Shown here: positions 9,701-19,400 of the stretch, piece after piece
Position numbering within the stretch: position 1 is the stretch's first letter
Layout: every line of letters begins with the position of its first letter
Virus record (IMG/VR): IMGVR_UViG_3300032298_000389
Strand: one strand, 5' to 3'
Length of the DNA: 59,979 bases
Source of the DNA: an uncultured virus (IMG/VR IMGVR_UViG_3300032298_000389)
Lineage: Duplodnaviria > Heunggongvirae > Uroviricota > Caudoviricetes
The notes under the pieces: generated by a model
Databases searched by the model: none
Told to the model about the DNA's origin: nothing
Seen by the model: the letters and a program-made list of their open reading frames with translations, nothing else
Translations under genes and position numbers: made by a program

Positions 9701-10205
9701 AGGTACTGATATTGCTAACCAAGAATCAATGTTGAAACAAGCAACTGCTCAAAGACTATATGATCAGAATACAGTTGCAAATCAACAGTTTGATAACTCT
9801 AAGTTGGCAATGAGAAACAACTTAAGAAACTACTATACAAATGCTATTACTAATAAGTGGCAAACAGATGCATTAAACCAAATGTATCCTAATTATGCAG
9901 TAAGACCTGGTGTAGGTGGTAGAATGGAATTTAAACCAGGTGATAGACAAGTAACTGGAAAAGGTGCTGGAAGTACAATGACTAGACAAGAAGCTTACAG
10001 ACAATGTAGACAAATGAATCCAAATGCAACAGACCAAACAAGATGTGTTGATTCTATGATGAATGCATCACAAGGATCTGCAAATTCAGGAGGAGCAAAT
10101 TCTCAAATAGGAATGAGTATGTATGGTACACAAAGAAAACAAAAGAAAGGTGGACAGTCTAATGGATATCTTTATTTAGATTCATGGCTTCCATTTTTAA
10201 TGTAA
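6798..10205 (+). CDS. Putative virion cargo/ejection protein (1135 aa)
   Basis: N-terminal EAEGGE...GPRHHSGG...IFSD segment of the kind recalled from Bacteroidota-phage virion proteins, a Cys-rich patch (9159-9347) and an N/Q/A-rich helical C-terminal region. Confidence 0.7.
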   Translation: MIKVRIKKLPIARTGYQVQGALANDVPAMGGADYNAYIGKPKLRESKYITAVPREEANLEAEGGETVYGDINGDGFPEHQIIKGPRHHSGGVPLNLPDDTFIFSDTRGMKIKDPEILEMFGKVGTKKAYTPASLAKQYDIQKYRKILEDPESDHLDRKTAELMIKKFVIKLGCLALAQEAKKGFPQGIPAVAKPCMEAKGITEEDVTPNKEIAALSNQIKSKYKIDANAEETMESEEQSDDIAAAEQMNQGQPVAQPTEQQMQQPSPEEMMMYGGGYRRLRRAQEGIEQVPEEEMIEEPQQEGGNQMMEIVQEVSAALEQGADPQEVIASLLQNELPPEAIVEIFMQLGASEEEAVGLIQEVLQELQGGGPEQMMSEEGQQAPPMAMYGMSMGGYDMPFYDEPEYNEEDIPEAEYGMAMGSGMSQNYQGRPKPIPGSGPMFPLPKADDGKIIKRSDYPDEASFEKALFDADLQRQSGALKGKIQVIDSSGKTRTFKGFKKERAEGYGSIDINTFGGDTDAAKRAAAQYYIVSESIKDDKVKQQIINNTKAALANEKHFRGKGSTGPSSNWTDRGYAMPTDQQIIDNFLQHQERNLKIQGYGVDPEMFNDIGNGFRSWNSFKTNVINGTGKKVINPATGTPITNEAEFNAYKKYLATNFGGSINGSGVPSLSLMQVSNKIGEPFESDTKTRALQQATFHGYALTMENYDSYDADTKYALRNLRGDLQRGVDDETSMSPLFPKQKGIRISPIDDFFDPSSSVYGNTTSGHLTGAIRNTVEYETDPNNPPCQCDDETKPDYGKWDETQKKCNPELCSTSSVVKKKCPCVIIDEKTGEKTTIEQEPVNGECPPCEKDEDIDIEGPPAEWWLQDTIKTTGAFGDLMGVKKYMPWAPAVELQKPRPTFLDPTRELAANAEQANIQTQGMAQFAGPQALSARSSGIQGQAAKNAADILSKYNNANVNIANQFELKGTDIANQESMLKQATAQRLYDQNTVANQQFDNSKLAMRNNLRNYYTNAITNKWQTDALNQMYPNYAVRPGVGGRMEFKPGDRQVTGKGAGSTMTRQEAYRQCRQMNPNATDQTRCVDSMMNASQGSANSGGANSQIGMSMYGTQRKQKKGGQSNGYLYLDSWLPFLM

Positions 10206-10247
10206 ACTTTACAGGTTTAATAAACTTAAAAAATTTTAATAGTTTTA
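10203..10247 (+). promoter_or_regulatory. Putative phage (late) promoter, second copy: TAAACTTTACAGGTTTA plus TAGTTTTA
   Basis: 15/17 match to the 2026-2042 palindrome, with the TAnnTTTA core at 10240-10247, again at a 37-nt offset. It ends 14 nt before the ATG at 10262. Confidence 0.6.
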
Positions 10248-10261
10248 CACAAAGATAGATT

Positions 10262-13200
10262 ATGGCAACGTATTTACAAGGAGTCACAGATTATATACCA
10301 GATTATCAGCCGTTTCAACCGGACTTGAATTTTTATGCAAATCTGTTACAAACAAAACAGACCCAGTACGATACGAACTGGAATCAGTTAAATAATTTAT
10401 ATGGTCAATTGTATGGTGCAGACCTTACACATGATCAAAATATTAAAAAGAAAGATGAACTATTAAAACAGATTGATTTTAATTTAAAAAGAGTTTCAGG
10501 ACTTGATCTTTCCCTAGAGCAGAATGTAAATCAAGCACTACAGGTATTCAGACCATTCTATGAAGATAAGTATCTTATTAAAGATATGGCATGGACTAAG
10601 AATTGGAAAAATACATATGCTGATGCTGACTCATTAAAAAACTCTAGTGATCCTAAACAAAGTTCTAAATGGTATGCTGAAGGTATTAGAGGTTTAGAAT
10701 ATAGAAGACAAATGTTTAAAGATGCTACTTTAGATGAAACCTTAATGATGGGAGATGCTAAATTTACTCCTAAAGTTGATGTTCTTAAAGAGTATATGGA
10801 TTTTGCTAAAAAGTATGACATCGGAATGGTAACACAAACTCCTGATGGTATGTACATGGTTAGAAAGAAAAATGGTGAACAATTACTTCCTGGTCTTCAA
10901 CAAATATTTTGGGCTCAGTATGGTAATAACCAAGCTATGCAAGATTACTATAGAGAACTTGCATTTGTAGAAAGAATGGATCATGCAACTCAAAATGCAG
11001 AAAAATTTGGAGGTAATAAACTTGAAGCAGAGAAACAATATTTAAAAGAAAAGTATAACTGGCTTAAAAATGTAGTTGCATCTAATCAAGTAAAAGCTAA
11101 AGATGAAAGTAATACTGCACAAAACTTAGTAGCAGGAGTTCAGAATGATGTAAATCAAGGAAATGTTAATCCTCAACAAGGAACATATGAAGAAGAGTTA
11201 AATAAATTATTGGGTGTTACTACTGAAGTAGAGAAAGTAACCTCTGATGTTAATGCAAAACTTAATACTAATCTTACTACATCACCTTCATCAGCTGCTG
11301 ATGACTTATTAAATAATATTGAACTTGCCAGATTAAAAGTTGATGCAGGATTTGCATCATATAAAGCAGGTGTTGATATACAAAATGCTGCAGGTACTTA
11401 TGCATATAGTAACTATGAAATTGAGTATAAACCAAATGCTGTTGCTATAACACAATTTAAAGAAGCACAGGCAAATTCAAGGTTACAAACTGCACATAAA
11501 ATGAAACTTGCAGAAGCAGAATATGCTGACAAACTTAAAAGAATTGGTAAGTATGAAGATGCTATGGTTGAAAGTGGTAGAGCATACCGTAAAGCAGATG
11601 GTACTATTGAACTTGATCCAACACACAATGGTTATGAACAAATTATAACTGGTAATTTAGACTCTGGACAATCTGCTGGAGATCAAACACAATTTGATGT
11701 GCTTAACCAAAAAATTATTGATGAAGTTATTACAGGTAAAGTTGGTCCTGGAGTGGAATCAATGATGCAATATGTAAATAATCTTGTAAATAATAGTACT
11801 GGTTCTAAATTAACATCAGCTCAACTAGGACAAATTCTTAATCACTTTAGAGCAAATGATCCTACTATAGATAGACTTATCAATGAAGGTAAAAAATATC
11901 CAGATCAAACTAAAGCAAAACAAATTTGGAATCAAATTTATAATGAGTATGCAAATGGTGATAAAACTAAATTTGCTAAAGATGTAACTAAGTATGGTGA
12001 TATTTATCATTTAAATTGGTATTTGAAAGAATGGAATAAAAGAAATCCGGGTAGTGATCTTGTACAAAACTATAATAAGAAACAAGAAATTTTTGATTTA
12101 GAAGTTTATGGTAGAAGACAAGAGGCAATGGATATAACTCGTGCTGAAAATGCTAGAAAAATTCAATCTAAATTAAAAGAAAATATTGATTTCCAAGCTA
12201 AAAAATTAAATGAACAAGGTTATAAAATATCTAATGATCAAGTAAATAAGGCTGTTCAAGTTGTAATGAATGAGTATGTAGCAAGTGGATATAACTGGGC
12301 TGCAATGAGAGAAAATGCAGGTGAGATAGATAAATTAATTTCTAGTCAATTAGGAGCAAACTTTATTAAAAGTACAGAAACTAATAGAGATAGAAGTTTT
12401 TGGGAATATATACCAGGTATTTATTCTGCAGAGGGAACATATGATGTGTTAACAGGAAATAGAAAAAATGTTGCATCTTCTTGGATTAATGACATATTAG
12501 ATAAATCTTATGTGGAACTTGCATCAGAAGAAAATCCTGATAAAGGTTTAAAACTATTTGTACAAGATGTTTCAAGAAGTGGTGATATGATTTCATTAGC
12601 ATCTAAAACTCAAATGGTTAAAGTTGATTCAGACTATGCAGGAGACTTTGGATACCAAGCTGCAAAACAAGCTATACAAAATGCACTTGATTTACCTATG
12701 GGAGATGATACTAAATTTAAATTTGCATTTGGAAATACAATACCTACTAATGCTGATGGTGAAGTAGATTATAGTCAAGATGGTTTAGATGATAAATTAG
12801 CAAAAAGTTTATTAAGTACACTATATTCAAAATTAGGTCAAAAAGGTACTCCTGACTTTATGTTAGGTACATCTAGAGTAGCAATGGAAAATAGCAAACT
12901 AGGATCTACTACATTTAATATCCCTAGATCAATAGTTGAAGAAGTTATGAAATCTGTTGAAGGTGAATATACTCCACAACAACTAGCTCAAATGACAGAT
13001 AAAATTGTACAAAATGGTATAACTGCTATTGCACCTCATGAGTATTGGACACATAAATTATGGAATAAATCTACTCCTACTGCTAGTGAAATTGTACTAA
13101 GTACTAGACCTATTGAATATGAAAGTCCACAAAAAGGAGGTCGTTATATAATTAATAAAGTCAATGGAGTACCTGGTAAAGATTATGATGTTTTATTTGA

Positions 13201-13441
13201 ATTAAAAGCTATAGGTTCTGATGGTAATCCAATAATAAAATCTTTACCTATGGATCCAAAAATAAGTGGTCAGACTATTGAACAGATAGAACAAACTATG
13301 TGGAATGCAATTGTTGAAATGGATAAGAAAAATCTTGAAACATTTAGAATGTTTCACAGAACCAATAATACAGAAGCAATTCAAAATGCAATGAAACCTT
13401 CAAACTTTGGTGGTACTAATCCAAATGCATACTGGAAATAA
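10262..13441 (+). CDS. Putative virion ejection/cargo protein (1059 aa)
   Basis: Long, Cys-free, largely helical ORF directly upstream of the three giant genes. The function is inferred from context only. Confidence 0.65.
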   Translation: MATYLQGVTDYIPDYQPFQPDLNFYANLLQTKQTQYDTNWNQLNNLYGQLYGADLTHDQNIKKKDELLKQIDFNLKRVSGLDLSLEQNVNQALQVFRPFYEDKYLIKDMAWTKNWKNTYADADSLKNSSDPKQSSKWYAEGIRGLEYRRQMFKDATLDETLMMGDAKFTPKVDVLKEYMDFAKKYDIGMVTQTPDGMYMVRKKNGEQLLPGLQQIFWAQYGNNQAMQDYYRELAFVERMDHATQNAEKFGGNKLEAEKQYLKEKYNWLKNVVASNQVKAKDESNTAQNLVAGVQNDVNQGNVNPQQGTYEEELNKLLGVTTEVEKVTSDVNAKLNTNLTTSPSSAADDLLNNIELARLKVDAGFASYKAGVDIQNAAGTYAYSNYEIEYKPNAVAITQFKEAQANSRLQTAHKMKLAEAEYADKLKRIGKYEDAMVESGRAYRKADGTIELDPTHNGYEQIITGNLDSGQSAGDQTQFDVLNQKIIDEVITGKVGPGVESMMQYVNNLVNNSTGSKLTSAQLGQILNHFRANDPTIDRLINEGKKYPDQTKAKQIWNQIYNEYANGDKTKFAKDVTKYGDIYHLNWYLKEWNKRNPGSDLVQNYNKKQEIFDLEVYGRRQEAMDITRAENARKIQSKLKENIDFQAKKLNEQGYKISNDQVNKAVQVVMNEYVASGYNWAAMRENAGEIDKLISSQLGANFIKSTETNRDRSFWEYIPGIYSAEGTYDVLTGNRKNVASSWINDILDKSYVELASEENPDKGLKLFVQDVSRSGDMISLASKTQMVKVDSDYAGDFGYQAAKQAIQNALDLPMGDDTKFKFAFGNTIPTNADGEVDYSQDGLDDKLAKSLLSTLYSKLGQKGTPDFMLGTSRVAMENSKLGSTTFNIPRSIVEEVMKSVEGEYTPQQLAQMTDKIVQNGITAIAPHEYWTHKLWNKSTPTASEIVLSTRPIEYESPQKGGRYIINKVNGVPGKDYDVLFELKAIGSDGNPIIKSLPMDPKISGQTIEQIEQTMWNAIVEMDKKNLETFRMFHRTNNTEAIQNAMKPSNFGGTNPNAYWK

Positions 13442-13449
13442 TAAATAAT

Positions 13450-16400
13450 ATGGCAGAGAACTCTCAAAATAGTAATCCTACACCAATGGATGATTTTTTA
13501 GCACAAAGTGATGCATTAAATCCTGCTAGAATTGAACAACCTGGACCTATTCCATTTAATTTTAATGAACCAAAACCAGTAATTAATCCTATATATCCTA
13601 CAAAAGATTATGGAACTGGTGCATCACCAAACTATTATCCATCACAGGTAAAAGATAATTCACCAAATAATCCTCAACAATCTATAGATACATTGTTTAA
13701 TGAAACAATGAACAAGATCAACGGTGCTCAAGATACTAATAATTATGGATATGCCTTTGGTTATGATAGTTCTCCTAAAGGAACATTTAGAGATAGGATT
13801 AAAGGTTATGGTCAAGAGACGTTTAATAAAATTGGGTTTAGTCCATTAATAGATAATGAAGCTTGGTTCAATTCAAAAACAACATTTAGTGATGATTTAT
13901 CTAGATGGTGGAATCATTCTGCATGGCCTATGATGTCTAAAGGGTTTATGGACCCTATTAAATCATATGCAAGTGTAATAAGTGGTGATGGTCTTTTTAA
14001 TGCAGATGAACAAAGTGCAAGAGACTATGAATACTATAATGCAATAGGTCAGTCAAGTAAAGGTGGTCTTGGAGGGTTTACTGTAAACCTCTTTAATTCA
14101 GCATCCTATTCTATGGGTATACTTACAGAAGGTGTTGTAGAATCTGTTCTTATTGAAGGTCTTACAGGAGCTGCTGGTCCAGCCGGTGGACTTGTTGGTG
14201 CAGGATTTGGTCTTGGTAAATTTATGAATAAGCTTTCTCAAGTACCTAAAGGATTATATAATACTGCTAAAGGTACTATTAAGCTTGCTGAGACTATGAA
14301 AGATTATAGTCAATTGTCAAAGGCAAAAGGTCTTTTTAAAACTGCATCTGCAAACTTTGGTAACTTTTTAAATCCAGCAAGTAATACTACAAGAGCTTTA
14401 TTTGGTCAAAATATTAATAACATAAATGACCTTGCAAGAGCATCTAAAACAGCAGGTGCATTCTGGCATGACATGATGGTAATGAACTTAGCATTATCAG
14501 AAGGTAAACTTGAAGGAGGTTTTACAAAATATCAAACATATGATAGATTGTATAATGAATATGTTGCTGATCCAAAAAACAAGGGTCAAGCTCCTTCATT
14601 AGAAGAACAAGAGAACATGATGAAAGAAGCTACTAAAGCTTCATTTTGGAATACTCTTAATAATACTGCACTTATTTTTTATTCAAATAAACTTGTTTTT
14701 CCTTCACTGACTAATGCTAGTTTTCTAAAGGGAGCACCTAAATTTGGATTTGGTACAGTACTAGGTGATATTAATAAAGAGTATCAGTTAGTATTTAACC
14801 CAGGAAAAAATATTGCAAAATCAACATTCTCAAAAGAAAAGATTGGATTAGTTAATGCAATTAAATCTTTAGGAAGACCTGCAACATATGGTAAAGTAGG
14901 TCTTAATTACTTTAAAGCAAATGTAGTTGAAGGTGTTCAAGAATCATTACAAGATGTTCTTCAAGAAGCTACTCAAAACTATTATGTAAATACATATAAG
15001 AATAATGCAGCAAAGAATTTTTTCTATGGTGCTGGACTAGTTGGAGATGCAATCAATAAACAATTCTCTGCACAAGGTGCTGAAACATTCTTATCAGGAT
15101 TTTTAATGGGTAGTCTACTTCAGGCTCCTAGTAAAATAAAAAGTTATATGACCATGGGTTATAATGACTATTTTAAAAAGGATGCAAAGTATAAAACTTA
15201 CATGGAAGAAAGAGAAGCTGCAGCTAATGAAGTTGTAGAACATATGAATACCATGTGGGAAAATAGTCATTACTTGTTTGATCCAAGAATGACTAATTAT
15301 GCTACACAAGCTTTATTATATGATACAGTTGCTAATCCTGAAGAAACTACTACTAAACAAATTCATGATGATAAGTTTGCAGCATTTCAAACTGCAGTAA
15401 TAAGTTCATTGCAGAGAGGTACTTTTGATATGTTTATTAAACATTATGAAAATTACAAACAAGCTACTCCTCAAGATATTGAAGAAGCATGGCATCTTAA
15501 ACCAGGTCAAGGTGCAAAAGCACTACAAAATTTTGGTGAGTCTTTAGAAAATGCAAAGAAGATTGCATATAGATGGGGTGAAGCAAAAGATAATTTTACA
15601 AAATATCAAGCTGACTTAAACAACTATGAAAAAGATAGTTATCAGTATAAGATGGCTGAAATATATAATCAAGCATTTTCTCAGTCTTTGTTTAACTATG
15701 TATTTTTACAAGGTGCTTTTGATGATACATCAGCAAGGATAGGTAAGTTATATAATAAACTTGCTCAGTTATCTACTATTAAAAATTCAAACTTTGCAGA
15801 CTTTGCAGGCTTTACAGATCCTGGTAGATTACAAAGAGAAATTGAGATGATGAAAACTGACATAGAAACATTAGAGCAATCAGGTGTTCCTATGGCAGCA
15901 GAAGATCTTGAAAGAAAAAGAAAAGTATTAAGTTTATATACTGACTTCCAAGAAAAACAACACACTATATTAAACACTTATATTGCTAAACAAAAGTTAA
16001 CAGCTCTTACAGAAAAATTATTAGAAGATAATCCTGATCTTACAAGAGAACAGCTTAACTTAAAAGTAATAGATAATCTATTAAAAAAGTATGAGAACGG
16101 TGAAGTGACTGAGTTTGATGAATATAAAACTTCATTTAAAAATCTCTTATTTGGACTAGCAAAAACTGAAGAAGAAAAACTTCAATTACAACAAGAGATA
16201 AATTCAATCAAGGGTGGGATAGATACTTTATTTGATGATCTACTTGATACACACATCTTAAAGAATGAAAAGAATGAACTAGCTCCATTGATTAATATTC
16301 TTTCTAATCCTAATGATTTTTATGATCATCTATTGAGAAACTTTCAATGGATGAAAAATCTATATCATAATAAAAGAAATCTTATTAAAGATATAGTAAA

Positions 16401-19400
16401 CTCAGAGATATCTAATATAGAGAGAAATACATTATTGAATGAATTAGCTGATCAAAAAATATTTGTAGATCTTGATGAGTTTGCAAAATGGATTGAGAAT
16501 CCAATGTATAGACCAGAAGGTTTTATTGATGTAGCAAATAATGCATATATACCTAAAGGTAGTTTACTTTATGATAAGTATTATAAGATCTTTGAGAGAG
16601 CTGCTCAATTAGAATCTACAAAACCTGCAGGTGAACCTGTACCAGATGCTGAAGTATTGCAAGATATTATTGATGATCTTACTAAAGATAGAGATAAAAG
16701 ATTAGACTTAGCAAAACAAAAGTTTGATCAAGCTTTAAAAGACAAGTATGATGCAACAGAACTAGAATTAAGAAAACTTGCAGAGGAAGCATTGAACAGT
16801 GTTGGAGAAGATTTAGAATCAGAACAGGCAAAACTTGATATATATAAAGAATGGCTTTCTGATTTAGAATCATTAACTGGTATTGAAAAAGCTGCTGCAG
16901 GATTAGTAAATGCTGATATTATAGATAATCAAGAATTACTTGATGCAACAGATGCTCTATTTGATAATCCAGATTTAACAGATACAATTATTGAGTTACG
17001 TAATAAAATTATGAAAGCAAATCCAGAAATGGATGCTGATAATGCTATTAGAAATGCAGGTTTTTATTTATCTACTAAACCATTAATTGAAGACTTAATT
17101 AAAGAACAAGAAGATTTAGTTAAAAATATCAAAACTCCAGATTTCATCAATGTTGAAGAAACTCCAGAATGGGAACAATATCAAAAAGAATTAACAGATA
17201 TCAATGATGAATACGAAGCACAAGTAAAAGAAGCTAAGTTAGATTTTGTAGAATCTGGTGGTAATCCTACTGATGTTAGAGAGTATTCAATAGAAGATCA
17301 GTTTGAAGACTATCCTGAAGATCTACAGGAAGAACTTAATGGTGTATTTGATGACTTCTTAACTACAAGAACTAATGAACCAAATACTCTTAAACAAGAT
17401 GATCCTGGAAGATATAACACTCTTCGTGAAAGATGGATGGAAAATGATCCAGTAGCACAAGATATTCTTGATAAGTATAATGAAAAGAGTAAACAAGAAG
17501 CAATTAAAAATGCTACAGTTGGGTTAACTCCACCTAAATTATTATTTGGTGATGCTGTAATAGAACCAGGTACTCCTTTAACAAACATTACTGATCTCTA
17601 TGATGCATATGAAAAAGCAATCCAAACTAAAGAACTGGAAACAGAAACTGGTAAAATAAAATTATCTGCAGATGATATTAAAGCTATCAAAGAAGATATG
17701 AAAGCAATTGCTGCATATATTGATAGTAAAGAAAAAGCATTTAGATTAAAACCAATTGCTCAAGAAGTAATTGAAAGAATTGAAAATACTATATTCAATA
17801 GACAAAATGAGTTAGTTTTATCTGTAGATGAAGAAGGTTTTGAAAGTAGAAGATTTAGAGATTCTAAACCAGAAGATCCTAGACCAGAGAGAGCAACAGA
17901 AGTTGCTTCCTTAATGGAACAAGAAATAGAAGACAAAGCTCCATTTGTATTTAATAAACTTGAAGATAACAGTATTCAAAACTTATTTAGAGAAATAGTA
18001 CTTGATAATCCTATTGGATCTTTAGAAGAAAGAGTAGATGCATTTCTAGCAAGTCTTAGAAACTATGAACAGTTTAAATCTGATACAAAAATTGCAGGTA
18101 TAAAAGAAAGTTTAATGCTTGATCAAAGTATTGAAAATCTTGAAGATGTAATTTCTAAATATGCATTTAAAGAATCAAGTGATTCAGGAACCAACCTTGA
18201 TGCCATAATTAGACAGTTTTTAACTCTTGATCCTAGAGGAGGATTTGTACAAGTAAATTATGATTCTGTTATTAACGTAAGAGGAACTGAAAAGAAAGTT
18301 TCTGAAATGATGTCAAAAGAAGCATTTGATTTTATGTTTCATCCTGTTACAGGTAGTGCTACTAGATTTAGAAGAAACATGATTGATGGTGGTTATCAGT
18401 TATTTACAAATGATGTAAAAGTATTTGATAGAAATGCAAGAGATGGAAGAGGGGTAACTGGTGAATTAGACTTACTATTGATTGATACAGATGGTAATCT
18501 AGCCATAGTAGATATAAAAGCTGCTCAAGAAAAAACTTGGAATAATTTAGGTGTTCCTAATGTCATTAGTAAAAAGACAGGAAAAGAAATTTTAGATGAG
18601 AATGGTCAACCAATAAAAAACAGAGGTAACAAGAAAACATACTTTAGAGCTCAACAAAGTATTTATAGAAACAGTATCTATAACATGAGTGGATTAGATG
18701 CTGGTATTTTATTGTATCCAATTGAGATGGTAGTAACTAAAGATGGTTTTATTACTAAGTTAAGTAAACCTACTGCTGATTTAACAAAATTCAATACACT
18801 TAGTGAAAATGGTATGTTTATCGTATTGGAACCTATTGATGATGCAATCATGCAGAAATTTGGATTCAATAGAACTGGTCCTACAGATACTGTTGAATTA
18901 TCTCAAATGGGAGAAGAAGAAGCTCCTATTAAAGCTGGATCAATTCCTATTAGTGATCCTGAGAAAACTACTCTTAATGATTTTGTTAATCAAGATGTTA
19001 TCTATCAAGGTAAGCTAGGAAAATTAGTTGTTAATCTTGATGGTGGTTTTTCTGTTGAGGTTAGTGAAGATGGTAAGATAGTTCAGTATGATGTAAATGT
19101 TTCTGGTAAAAATACCAAAGACGGAACTATGAATATAGTTAAAGCCGGACTTTCTCCTATTACAGCAGCAGAACTTACAGGACAAGTAACACAAATAGCA
19201 GGACAAACTATTAATGCTAGATTCCTAGATAAGAGTGAAAGAACTGCAGAAATAAATGGTGTTACATATACCATCAATAGAGATGCTACAGGTGCTATAA
19301 TTTCATTAACTTATAATACTAATGATAAAGCTATTGCAGAAACTCAAAAAGAAATAGATGAGTTAAACAAAGAAATAAATGATCTTAAAAAAGAACCTAA

